Positions 13,010 through 25,560 of a stretch of DNA of 64,000 bases are shown piece by piece. Source of the stretch: Lama glama. Its lineage: Eukaryota. The position numbers were made by a program, and so were the translations under genes. A model generated the notes under the pieces. It was not told the origin of the DNA. It did not search any database and saw nothing but the letters and a program-made list of their open reading frames with translations. How positions within the stretch are numbered: position 1 is the stretch's first letter; every line of letters starts with the position of its first letter. The stretch is taken from NCBI GenBank assembly GCA_028534125.1, contig CM052818.1, positions 9,488,001-9,552,000 on the forward strand, in the 5' to 3' direction.

Positions 13010-14830
13010 TAGTGTTTCAGTGAACTTCTATTTCATTCATCTAGATTTGCGTATTATTATCAACATTTTGCCAATTTTTTATTGCATAATCATGAGTGTG
13101 CATTTTCTGTGTTGTGTGCACACATTTGTTTATGTATAGTTCTGAATCTTGCGAGAGTTCAGACATTGTGACAGTTTATTCACAAATAATTTGATGTGTA
13201 TCTCCTAAGACCAAGGATGTTTTCTTAACAACTACAGTAAAATACTCAAATTTAGAAAATTTAACATTGATATATTATCTAATACTCAAATTGTCCCATT
13301 AATATTCTTTAAAACTTTTTAAGTTTTTTCCACAATTTTAAAGGTTATTTTCCATTTATAATTACTACAGAATATTGGCTGTATCCTCCATGTTGTACAA
13401 TACATCCTTGAACCTGTCTTACACCCAATAGTTTGTACCTCCTACTTCCTCTTCTCCCCATAACCAAACTACTCTGTGTCTGTGAGTCTGCCCCTTTTTT
13501 TGTTCACTACTTTGTTGTATTTTTTTAAGATTACACATATAAGTGATTCGTACAGTATTTGTCTTTCTATGTCTGACTTATTTCACTTAGCATAATGCCC
13601 TCCAAGTCTATCCACGTGGCTGCAAATGGCACAATTTCATTCTTTTTATGGCTGAGTAGTATTCCATTGTGCACATCTTTATCCATTCATTTGCTGATGG
13701 ACACTTAGGTTGCTTCCATATCTTGGCAATTGTAAATAATACTGTTGTGAACATTGGTGTGCGTGTATCTTTTCAAATTAGTGTTTTTATTTTTTTTCAG
13801 ATAGATACTTAGGAGTGGAATTTTGGGGACATAACGGTAGTTCTATTTTTAATTTTTTGAGAAACCTCCATACTTTTTTCCACAGTGCCTGCACCAGTTT
13901 ACATTCCTACCAACTGCATAACAGTTTATAACAATTTTTTTCCTGGTCCAGGATCACATACTGTATTTAGTTGTCATATTTCTTCCATTTCCTTTAATTG
14001 AGGATACTTTCTTAGCCTTTCTTTCATAATACAGACATTTATGAGTAGTATAGGCCAATTCTTTTCTAAAGTGTCTTTCAATTTAAGTTTTCCTGATTGT
14101 TTCTCACGATTAGATTCAGACTACACATTTTAGCAGAAATACTCCATAAGTAATGTATCTTTCCCAATACACCCTGGAGATAACACTCTGTCCTATTATT
14201 AGTGATACTAATTTTGATCAGTTAATCTGGTTTCCTGCAAGTTTCTCTACAGTAAAGTTTCTGATGTTTCCTTTCTAGTTAATAGTAATCTGTGGAAAAA
14301 TATTTTGCAACTGCATAAATTGGCTAGTTTTCACAAAACTGCTTTTCATTGACTTAGCATTCAGTGGTGATTCTTACCTGAATTAAATGTTAGCATAACG
14401 TTTGCAAACTAGTGATTTTCTAACTCTTACCATTCCTTTTATGTTTATTAATTCACATTCTATTATAAAGAAGAGCTTTCTCTTCCTCCCTTTTGTTTAC
14501 TGTCAATTTCATGAATTTTTTTCCATTCAGTATAATTCATTACTACTACTCTTTGCTCAAATTATAGCTGAGTTGGCTTCTTCAAGCTTCTTCATGTGTC
14601 CTTTGGACATATCCCCATTATTTGGGTGGAAGGGAAGAGTCTCTTTTTATTTTTCCTATCACGATAGGATCTTCCAGGCTTACAGTTTCCCTGCCTTAGT
14701 TCTAGAATCAGCATTTCTTTAAGAATCCCTAGTTCTTATTGGTGGGGAACCTCTAAAATATGGATACTTGGCATACTCACTGTTCTTAGTGTTTCCTTGC
14801 TTCTAGGCCCTCAGTAGATAGAGCTGGAAA
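13010..14830 (-). mobile_element. Old L1MC-type 3' region, interrupted by a younger L1
   Basis: Motifs 'tgtatctcctaagaccaagga', 'tccaggatcacatactgtatttagttgtcat', 'ctagaatcagcatttctttaagaatccctagttc'. Confidence 0.65.
13325..13922 (-). mobile_element. Younger L1 3' end nested in the L1MC
   Basis: 'tctgacttatttcacttagcataatgccctccaagtctatccacgtggctgcaaatggc' is antisense L1 ORF2 end/3'UTR. Confidence 0.85.
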
Positions 14831-16767
14831 TAATGTATATAAGAATATAGTTTAAACATGTAATATGATCCCATTTTGGTGGGCTGTGTTGGTGGGTTTT
14901 TTTTAAATAATGTACAGAATTTTAACAATATAAAAATGGTAATTGCTAATACATGAGTACTTGATTGTATGCCTTAAATGATCACATAAATTATGTTAAA
15001 GTATGTAGAATTAATTTCCATGTGTTGTATTCTGTAGATGTTGTATTGGGCTGAAGTTTGCCCTTGTACTCAAATGATTTACAAAGATACTGTGAACACC
15101 TTTAAGAGTGCTTAATCTTATTTATGGCTAATATCTAGTTAGCTGTTTTTAGATGCTTTTAAAAGTCACCTTCATAGGCAGTGGTTGTATATAAGCATGA
15201 TCATTTTAAGATTATTTTTAATGAAGTTTTTTAAGTGTCTGTCTCAGTTGAATTCACTTGATCAATATCTGCTTTACCCCACTAGACTTTTAAGTTCTGT
15301 TCAAACTATATCTGATTTTACCCACCATTATATTATCAGTGCCAGGCACCTTACCTCATTGTTTGTGAAACTAATGAATGGATAATGTGGAGAATCAAAA
15401 AAACTGCTATATATGACATTGGTTTTTATGACAAAATACATTTTATACTCCACCTGCTAGTTGCTCTCCAGTTAAATAATTAACTAGTTCTCCTTGTTCT
15501 CTAACACACATTCTGTATACCTCACTATCCCATGCATCACAGTATATTGAGTTAACAAGGCTCTTCTAGTCTTGTTAACTGCTTGTCAATAACTGTTCTA
15601 GTCTGCTTTTATTTTTTCAGCATTAAGAAATGTTGGCTTGATCCTGTTAACCTGACACAATGAAATATAAATACGCAGGTTTGATACCAGCTGCTGTTGT
15701 TCAGGCTGGTTCACTGCAGCAATTCTTTTCATTCTACCATTTCCATTCTTAAAAGATCTTGTTAAGATCTCTAATGTGAGCCCTCCCTGTCCCCCTCTAG
15801 TCTGTGTTTTCTTGGCTCCTGTTCCTGTGCCATTATCTTTTCATAGTCCTCCACCTTCAGTTTATATGTGCTAGGAGGTTTGTGTCAATTAAAGTAGCTA
15901 GAATGAACTTTTTCCCTGTTAGCAAAAATCTTCTAAAGCTACAGATTTTAAAAGTAGATGGGTAGATTCCTCCTGGTAAAGTTAAATGTATTAGATTAAT
16001 ATGATAAAAGTTAAACATGAAATATGGCCAAATACTTGATTCGTAAATTTTAACTTCTTAGTACTGTTTATTTTAAATCAGTAATACAGATGAGTCTTGC
16101 TTTTTGAGATTTTGAAAGTTGTTTTGTTCATTATAACAAAGTGAGGATGCTAAAGTCCTTTTTTTAAAGATAGCTTATTTGTAAGGTGAATACTAAATCC
16201 CTGTTTACTGGTTTTGTTAACATGAAAATTTTTAATGTTTTGTTTTCTTTAAATTGAGGTAATGTATTTTCTAATGAAGTTACTAAAAGTATCGTGGGGA
16301 AAAAAATAGAAGTGAAATGTAGAATTAAATTGGGAATTTTTCACTACTTTTCAGTGGTTTGCTTCTAAGCATTCCTGATAGAAATTTGCATTAACAATAC
16401 AAAAGGAAGAACATTTTATGTCAGTGTATGATTTTTTTCTAAGGAGTCTGAAATTTAAACTAAAACATTATAACCTTTCTCTTTGTAATACATACCTCTT
16501 TAACCAGAGCTTTAGCACTTTTTAACAGTTGATTTCAGTCAATATAGGATTCACTCTCTGAGCAGTCATTTGATGTTTGCTATAATAAGATTTTGCCAAG
16601 GATTCTTTAAATAAAAAATGAAGACCATGGGAAAATTAATTATTAGTTTTTAAAATCTAATCTATCGAGGGGGCAGAGAAAGCTAAAGGCCATGTAGTGA
16701 TAAATTGAGTTATTTTTAATTCATTGCTGAATTTAATTAGTGGTGGTGATGTGTTTTTACTTTACAG

Positions 16768-16808
16768 AGTTTTGAAAGCTCAGTCTGATCACAGGTCTAG
16801 ACATGAAG
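16768..16808 (+). CDS. USP34: USP34 exon w9: (R)VLKAQSDHRSRHE(V)
   Basis: ttacag/A ... G/gtaagg; 41 nt, phase 2-1. Confidence 0.93.
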
Positions 16809-16945
16809 GTAAGGGTTCCACAAAGTTAAGTTTTAATAGATAAAGATTTGAATGACTAGATACATTTATATATATTTAATAATGAGCATTTTGTTTTCTT
16901 CATAGCACAAGCCTTTATAGTAATTTTTTTCCAATTTTTCTTTAG

Positions 16946-17070
16946 TTTCACATTATTCAATGTGGCTCTTGGTGAGTTGGGCTCATTGCTGTTCTTTAGT
17001 GAAATCTAGCCTTGCTGATAGTGATCATTTACAAGATTGGCTAAAGAAATTGACTCTCCTTATTCCTGAG
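16946..17070 (+). CDS. USP34: USP34 exon w10: SHYSMWLLVSWAHCCSLVKSSLADSDHLQDWLKKLTLLIPE
   Basis: ctttag/TT ... GAG/gtaaga; 125 nt, phase 1-0. Confidence 0.94.
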
Positions 17071-18116
17071 GTAAGATAAAGATTGAGGGTTAGTCCTATT
17101 CATATTTTTTCATATTATTAGCATTGATAATAAAAAGAGAGCTAATGGAAACAAATGGATATGATTCCATAAATATATCACATTACCTGGAATGTACTTA
17201 TTTAATCCTTTAAGATCTAGAGTGTTTTGAATTGTGTGGATGTTAAATATTCTATAACGTTCATATTTTCTGCAGTATTTGTTTACAGAGTAATTATTTT
17301 GTTTTAGGTTTGTTTGGGTTTTTGGTTTTGGTTTTTTTTTTAGTTTTTTTTTTTTTCTGGGGGTTTGGAAGGACTTGAGCATTTATCTTTTTTTGAGCAT
17401 TTATTTTTGTAATTTATGTTTTAGAGAAGTTTCTTTTGCTTTTTCTATTTAATTAGAGTGTATCCTTAGATGCAAGAGAGACTAAGTTAAATATATTTTG
17501 ATTTCAAGTGTTCACAATGAAGTCAATAGAATTTACACTAATTGTATCTTGATATTACTCACCCCGTATTTCTAAATGAAATAGTAGAAACACATTCTTA
17601 CTAATATACTTAGCCACAATAGTCATATCCTTTTTAGACAGTATTTTCTGATATTAGCACTGTATTGAATGCATATGTATTCTTGTGCTGGCTGTGTCCC
17701 AGGTAACTATTGTGACGTTCGGACAAGTCCGTTAGAATCTTTAAAATATTCTGGTTTAAGTACTTTATAAATTGCTTCTTTTGCTGAAAATATTTTTCCT
17801 GTTACTTAATTATGTAAATAAATTATTATGAATATCCTCTCTCAGTCCCTTTTGTATTTGTCTGTTGTATTTATTTGGGTTTTTTTATGATCATTTTGGG
17901 GAATTTCTAAAATGTTTTTACATATTACTCTGTGCTTTTGGGTACTTCATTGGATCATGTATTATTTAGGTGCATGAGTATGTGATCAGGACATTGCATT
18001 TTAAAATGTGTTGCTGAAGATTCCACCTAACATGTTATTTCTGCCAACATATTAACCTTAAAATTAACTTTTTAATGCTAACTCAGACTATCTTTGGAAC
18101 TTGCTTTTTCATTTAG

Positions 18117-18269
18117 ACTGCAGTCCGTCATGAGTCTTGCAATGGTCTTTATAAGTTGTCTCTGTCAGGGCTGGATGGAGGAGACTCAATCAATCGCTCT
18201 TTTCTGCTACTGGCTGCCTCAACATTGTTGAAATTTCTTCCTGATGCTCAAGCACTCAAACCTATCAGG
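18117..18269 (+). CDS. USP34: USP34 exon w11: TAVRHESCNGLYKLSLSGLDGG...QALKPIR
   Basis: atttag/ACT ... AGG/gtaaga; 153 nt. Confidence 0.95.
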
Positions 18270-19178
18270 GTAAGATTTTACTGTGTTGAGGGGCAGTTTC
18301 TGTTTCTGTAATTTCCTGTCCCAAGTATGTCATTGTATTATTGTTACAGTAATTCTGAATACATGTTTACTATCTATAGTTTTCACTGGGAGGATAGTAG
18401 TTAAATAGTTCTTAAAGTGACAGCATTGTGACATATTGTGTCCATGTTACACGTAGAAAATAGCATTTGTTCTTACTAGGTTCTGGGCCTTGTGTTAATA
18501 AGTTGAATGATAGAAACATCAGAAATGTAGCTTTCTTCTCATTCAGTCACACAGCTTTGGGGTTTTTTTTATCCTAATGATACTCTGAATTTTTAATTTT
18601 CTTCCTTAATCCAATGTGTATATTAGTCTTATAAAAATCTTTCTACCAAGTTACAAATCCAGAGACAATTAATAGACAGTCAAGGATTGTAATTTTACTA
18701 ATCCCAGAAATACAGTGCATTGGTGGATTTACATTTTTCTCCTCCATACTTACCTTCTATCATTGACTGTAAGAAATGTAATGCATTCTTTATTTTTCAG
18801 ATTTCAGAACTATTAATAGACCATTGCATGTAGGTAGATTTATATATACTCATTTTGTATAGGTTCCTTTTCCAGATTTTAATTGAGTTCTTAGTTTGTA
18901 TTACATTATTTAGCATTATACATTATTCATATCTTTTCCAAGTAGGTTATAAGCAATTTGAGAGTAATGTTTTTCTGAAAGCTTTCTTACTGTTCACTTA
19001 AGTACCTAGTTCTAATTTCACAGAAACTAGGAGTGTTCTCTCCATATTTTTGTTAAATTTTGAACAATGTTTGTAGGGATTTAATTTTTTATAAAGCCTA
19101 TAGTTTTTAGGATGTATTGTAATTTTCAGTTATTCCTCTTTTAAAAATGTTTTCATAAAGTTTAAATTTTTTTAATAG

Positions 19179-19283
19179 ATAGATGATTATGAAGAAGAAC
19201 CAATGTTAAAACCTGGATGTAAAGAATATTTTTGGTTGTTGTGCAAATTAGTTGACAACATACATATAAAGGATGCTAGTCAG
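19179..19283 (+). CDS. USP34: USP34 exon w12: IDDYEEEPMLKPGCKEYFWLLCKLVDNIHIKDASQ
   Basis: taatag/ATA ... CAG/gtatgt; 105 nt. Confidence 0.94.
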
Positions 19284-20059
19284 GTATGTTCAGTAAATTA
19301 CACATTGACTTGTTAATAGAGATGAATTATGCACATATATGTTTATGACTTTATAGGTCTTTATAATTAAGGGCATTTTTCTCATTCTGTAATAAGATGA
19401 AAATGTCGTAATTTTTCTTCTGTGTTTATATCTTTCTGTTCTGCTCTAATTACTTTCTTCTTTTTACTTTGACCTTAGTTGAAATGTCTTCGTTTGGTAC
19501 TTATAGGTAATTTCCTGTGTCTTATGAGTAAGATTTGTGGATGTGAAGTCTGACTTGGAATGTGAAATTTAGACTTTAAATATACAGCTTTCTGTAATAG
19601 GAAGTGGATACTGAATACATAAAATAAAATTGCAATTCAAATAGAAGTTACTTTAAAGAAACACTATCAGTTTACTGATCTACCAATATTCTTATAGTAG
19701 GCTAAAATGATACTTCCATTCAAACAAAGAAATATTTAAAGCAAATTGATTTCAAAGGCAGACTTGTCACATAAAAACTTTTTTTCTTTTTTGTAAATTA
19801 AGTAGGCTAAAATGCATCTAATTGAGCTCAGAAAAAATGAGAAACCCTTGAAGATGCTACATTTAAATATTTAGGAAACATTTTCTATCAGTTTTTTTTT
19901 CATGTATTTCAATCAAAGTCCAGTATATATACACTTAATGTTTTTAAAATCCTGCAGTATTTGAACTTCCTACTTTAAAGGAACAGTTCACGTCTGAATT
20001 TTTTTAAATATTCTACTTTTCATTTGAGAAAAAATTATAAAAATTAATATTGAACATGT

Positions 20060-20370
20060 TTTAATTTTTTCTTCTAGTTTTGCTGAGTAATTGGCATACA
20101 GCACTATGTAAGTTTAAGGTGTACAGCATAATGATTTGACTTAAATACATCATGAGATAATTACCACAATAAGTTCAGTGAACACCATCATCACATACAA
20201 AATTTTAAAAATAGAAAAAAAGTTTTTTCTTGTGATGAGCACTTTACTGTCAGCAGTTTTCGTATAAAACATACAGCAGTGTTAATTGTATTTATCATGT
20301 TGTGCCTTTCATCCCTAGTATTTATTTATATCTTTTGACTACCAATTCCAGTTCCCCTTCCCCCCACAAT
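20060..20370 (-). mobile_element. L1 3'UTR fragment (L1MA9-like)
   Basis: 'gtaagtttaaggtgtacagcataatgatttgac...ttaccacaataag'. Confidence 0.65.
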
Positions 20371-20430
20371 GTGTTTAAATATACTTGACTTAAATACATT
20401 TAAGTCTGTTTTTACATTTAATATTGATTT

Positions 20431-20567
20431 CTTTTTGGTGGGAGTGGGGAGGTAATTAGGATTTTGTTTTGTTTTGTTTTGTTTGTTTTTAGAGGAAGTA
20501 CTGGGGATTTCACCCAGGACCTCCTGCACACTAAGCATGTGCTCTACCACTGAGCTATACCCTCCCT
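20431..20567 (-). mobile_element. vic-1-like tRNA SINE, long form with (CAAAA)n spacer
   Basis: Reverse complement GGGAGGGTATAGCTCAGTGGTAGAGCACATGCTTAG...; TSD tttaatatt(g/a)attt at 20417-20430 and 20568-20581. Confidence 0.9.
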
Positions 20568-21193
20568 TTTAATATTAATTTTTACATTTAATATTGTCTA
20601 TAAAAATATTGATGCCAGATTTTTTTAAAAAAATCAATGATTACCTTTTTAAAGTAGGAATCTAATATTTTTTGCTTGCTAGTCAAAGTAATTTTCCTTC
20701 TTAAAGATCTGAATTTCTTTGAGAATCTTAAGTTAGTTCTATTTTAATTTTATTTATTGCTCAGTATAATGAAAATTAAAGCTTTATTAAATTAACTGCA
20801 CTTTTAAATTTATTTCTAAAGGTAGTGTTAAAAGCAAACCTCAGTGGGTGAATTATATGGTATATGAATTACATCTCAATAAAATTGTTAAAGAAAAAAT
20901 GAAACAACAACCTAGTGTCTTCTCGATAAATTACTGTGACTCTCATAATTTATTACCAATATTCCGTTGATTCTTTTTTAAAAGACTCAGTGATATGTTT
21001 ACAACTAAAATTTTATTGATATTTATGTATAAATAAAGATTAGTTATATTATTTATAATTAAATTGGTATACTAATGATTTGAAAGAACCAAACTTTTGT
21101 TACTTACAAGGAAATGATTTTTTTTTTAATAATGTCTAAAATACTTAACATAAAAATCTTCACTGGAATTTTGTGTTTTCTCTTTGTACTAAG

Positions 21194-21249
21194 ACAACAC
21201 TCCTCGACCTAGATGCTTTGGCACGACATTTGGCTGACTGTATTCGGAG
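21194..21249 (+). CDS. USP34: USP34 exon w13: TTLLDLDALARHLADCIR(S)
   Basis: actaag/ACA ... AG/gtaaac; 56 nt, phase 0-2. Confidence 0.93.
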
Positions 21250-21333
21250 GTAAACTTTGATGTAAGATTGACAATTATTTTGGTGAAGAAAGAAAGGACA
21301 TAATTATATAAACTATTGTATTCTTTTTTGTAG

Positions 21334-21454
21334 CAGGGAGATCCTTGATCATCAAGATGGTAATATAGAAGATGATGGGCTTACAGGACTCCTAAGGCTT
21401 GCAACAAGTGTTATTAAACACAAACCACCCTTTAAGTTTTCAAGGGAAGGGCAG
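21334..21454 (+). CDS. USP34: USP34 exon w14: REILDHQDGNIEDDGLTGLLRLATSVIKHKPPFKFSREGQ (tandem TAG/CAG acceptor; alternative start 21337)
   Basis: ttgtag/CAGG ... CAG/gtgagt; 121 nt, phase 2-0. Confidence 0.93.
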
Positions 21455-23134
21455 GTGAGTTTTAAGACTTCCAAATATTTATATGAAATAAGATTAAACT
21501 TTTTTGTTGTTTCCTTATATGTGGGTGTGTTAAATTTCCTTAAACATGCAAACTATAAACTTTACCAAAAGTTTATTGCTGGCAGAAACAGTGAATTTTG
21601 AATAAAATGATCTCCAGAAATACAAATCTTAGCCTTATTCTTAGAATTTAGAAACAATTTTTAATTCTCATGACTGTATAGAAAGACAACCTCTACTTTA
21701 ATGGTATGTTTTTATAGGATTGAATATTTTGAGTTAATAACTTACACAGTGGAATTAATAAGTACTTGTTAGAGTACTTAGCTCATTTGTTTCATATCTT
21801 AAAGGCCCATTTGACATAAAATCTGTTGACTATTTGATAACACCTAATGACTTTACACCAAGAAATGTGTAATTGCTCTTTAGATTAAGTTATGACTCTT
21901 CCATTGACCCTTTTGTCATTGCCTTCATTGAGGGAGGGAGTTACGGATTGGAGGGTTGTTTTCTTAAGGCCACTGATTGTATTAGGGAACACAAGAATAA
22001 CCAAAAGAGTGGAAGTTTGTCCCGATGGGGACAGGCTAAGGGATTCTTGAGATAAACTTAAGGTGACAGTCTTATCTGTCTTAACTCTGTGCTACTTCTC
22101 CTATTTCACAAAGCCCCATTTTGTGTTTTTTCTTCTGGGTCCTTATTAAATTTTTTCATTACACTCATTGGGAATAACTTGATTGATTTATAGTCTTGAT
22201 GATTGAAGTTTTATTTTATATATAAACCAATATGTAATTTATATTACAAAATATAAATATATTAACTGATTTTCTGATAACATTATTGTAAAGCAAAACT
22301 CATTTTAAAGAAAGAAAAAAATTTTTAGGTATTACTGACAAAGAGAAGATTCCCTTATTTTAATTTCACATGATGCCTTGGTAAATGGCCTTCTGGACTT
22401 TCTGTGGCTATATTAAACACACAGGTATATAATTTATATTATGTAAATACCATCCTGTGATCTGTGTTCTTTATTTTTAAATGAATACATCAAAAAAGAA
22501 AAAATACATTAAAAATTGAATACATGAAAGAGGGAAATAATTTAATCTTTATTAACATTTATGTTAAGAGTTTGAAAAACACTGTGCAGGGAACATTCTT
22601 GTACACCTGTCTTATTATACACTTATGTAAGTTCTTAAAAGTAAATTTGATTCTTTTTAATCAGAATACATTGGTTTACAAAAGGCTCTTGTCAGTGTAT
22701 GCTCCCAGCCACACTACCTAAGAGTGCCAGCTTCTCAGACATCCTCACATTCCTTACATGACGTTTCAGTCTTTGCCACTCTCACTGTTGCTTTAGTGTT
22801 ATTTCTTTGGTGAATGTTGAAGATGAGTGTCTTTTCATTTGTTTTGTCCACTTGTATTAACTAAGTTCTTTTGGTTTTAAATTAAAAAAATTTTTTTTAA
22901 ATTTAGCTTGTGATTTTCCATTCATAACCTGCATGTATTCTTTTGTTATTTTTTTGAATTTATTGTCAAAAGTTCTTTATTTTGAAAATATCAACTCTTT
23001 TTTCATAATACAGGGAATATTTCCAAAATTCTCATTTAATTTATCTTCATTATTCATGTGCTTTTTATACCACTTGTTTCTCTCCTCTCTTTTGTGTATT
23101 GGTTCATACAAATGATTATCTTAGGCAAAATGTT

Positions 23135-23280
23135 TAAGCTCTTATAAGGTAGATACTGTTATTAGACCCCATTTTGACAGATGATGAAACTAAGAAGGCA
23201 GAGAGGTTAAGCAACTTGCTTTACTGATGACACTCAGACTCTTTACCTGACCAAGTTTCTAACCACTATTCAGTACTGTC
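23135..23280 (-). mobile_element. MIR SINE fragment within old L1ME-like debris (~22370-24560); strand tentative
   Basis: MIR core 'ccccattttgacagatgatgaaactaagaaggcagagaggttaagcaacttgc'. Confidence 0.7.
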
Positions 23281-24752
23281 TACAGATGTTAAAGCCTTAC
23301 GCAGTGTTCTATAATTTGCTCTTTTCACCTACCTTAGAGATTCCCCATATCAATATATAGAGAGTTAATTTCATTCTTTGTAACAACTACATAATATTCT
23401 TTTTCTGGAACAATGTAATATATTCTAACTGGCTTATCTTATACTGTTACAAATGATGTTGCAGGGAAAATGTTCATGCATCCATTGTTTAGGAAATCTG
23501 TAGGAAAAAATTCTGGAAGTAGAACTGCTGTTTGATGAGTTACGTGCTTTTATGATTTCGGTCAGTATAAAACCATATTGTCCTCTATGGAGGCTGAGCT
23601 GATTTATGGTTCCACTTAAAATATATGTGAGCCAGGTGCCTATTTTCCCATATTCCTACCTATCTAGTGTATTATCAAGTATTTAATTTCTGCCAGTCTG
23701 ATAAGTGAAAAAGATTCTCTTTATTTTTTATTTTTTGTAATTATGTGTAAGATTGAGCTTCTTTTTACATGTGTGCCATTTATTTGTGTTTTCTTTTCTC
23801 TGACCTGCTCAAATCCTGTTCTCATTTTCGTTTTATGTGTATACTTGGTCCTTTTCTTTAGAAATTGTAGGATTCTTGTATAAAGGAAACAGCCGTATAT
23901 ACTTGGATTTATTTCTGGACTTCCTGTTTCACTCTGCTTACCTGTTCATTCACCAATATCATACTCTAATTATGTAGATTAACAGTTGTTAGTATCTTGT
24001 AGAGATGATCCATCTTCCCTATTACTCCTTTTCAGAATTTTCCTGGTGGTTTGTTTTTTCATATGAACTTTAGAGTCAGTTTGTCTCATTCTTTCAGAAA
24101 ATAAAATTCTAATACTTTTTAAAATTGGAGTTTGCTAAATTTATGAAAAATTGAAATTATATTAAATTTGCCTATACAAGAACAAGATTTATCTTCTTAT
24201 TTATACAAAACCAATCTTCTTGTGTTTTTCACTTTAAAGTTTTCATTTAGAATTTGAATTTTAGGAATTTTTCAATGAGGTTATTCTTAGGAATTTTATC
24301 TTCTTTATTGGTAACATATATGGACTCTACAGTTGTGTTTTCTAACTAGTTGTTTATATATAGAGTAATGATTTTTGTGTATGAATTTGTTGCATGCCAA
24401 AAAGTTCACTTACTGTTTGTAGATATTTTTTTAGTTAACTCTACTTTTATCTCTAGTATCAAAATCTTTATTTGCTTTTCATAATTGCCTTCAAGTAATT
24501 GTTTTATTTCTTTATTTTTAAGTCTTAAGTCTCTCCATCCTTTCACTTGTCTTATTTTGTCTAGAACCTCCAGAGCAATGTTAAATAAAGTTTTTATAGT
24601 TTACTAGTAGTTGTTTATTGAGAAGTTTTTAATGTTTGTGTAGTCAAAACTACAGATTCCCATTGTGTTTTGGATGAGATGGGAAACCTTTGGGAGCTTT
24701 TGTACAGGAGAGAGATGTGGTCTGAATTAATATTTTAAAAGCTTCACTTGTT

Positions 24753-24844
24753 GGGGGAGGCAAATAACTCAGTGGTAGAGTGCATACTTAGCTTGCTTGA
24801 GGTCCTGGGCTCAATCCCCAGTACTTCAACTTAAAAAAATTAAA
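24753..24844 (+). mobile_element. vic-1-like tRNA SINE
   Basis: GGGGGAGG..TAACTCAGTGGTAGAG...GGTCCTGGGCTCAATCCCCAGTAC; perfect 14-bp TSD taaaagcttcactt (24736-24749, 24845-24858). Confidence 0.9.
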
Positions 24845-25424
24845 TAAAAGCTTCACTTATGTTCTCTGGGGAGATATAGACTAGGTAGAGAATTAAGAGG
24901 GCAGGTGTGTGTGTCATGGATCCAGTTAAGAAGTTTTGCAGAGAGATGATGGTGAAAAGTGGTTGGATTTTAGGTATTTATTGAAAATAGAGCTCATAAG
25001 ACTTAAATTTCTATAAGATTGTGAGGTGGAAGAGAGAAATTAATCAAGAATAACTGGTCAATTTTATGCCTTAGAAACTTAAGAAATGATAATGCCATTT
25101 GCTAAGAAAGGGAAAGCTCAGGATAGATAAGATTGGGGAAGGGTGAGGTGTCAAAATCAGAAGTTCTATTTTGAACACGTTAAATTTGAAATGTCAATTA
25201 GAGATCCAGCTGTAGGTGCTTAAGGCAGTTGGTTTTGGTGTATTTTTATGAAAAGTCTTCCTTATCTCTAAGATACTAGAAATACTTTTTCTGCTATGAT
25301 GTTTTACTTATTTAAGAATTTTAAAAAACTTTATTTGTAATTTGGTTTTGGGAGTCAGTAAATGTTTTCTGTAAAGAGCCTTATAGTAAGTATTTTTTTG
25401 GTTTTGCAGGCCACATTTGGTATC

Positions 25425-25560
25425 TCTCACCACCATCATCACTACTACCACTGCTACTAATTCTTCCTCTCCTCTCTCTCCTCCCCCTCCTCCTTCCTTC
25501 CTCTTTCATCTTCTTCCTTCCTTTCATTCCCTCCTTGCTTCTTCTCATTCTCCTTTAAAC
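25425..25560 (+). repeat. Low-complexity (CAC/CAT/TAC)n then C/T-rich tract, following a MER58-like fragment (~25345-25425)
   Basis: Direct inspection. Confidence 0.75.
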
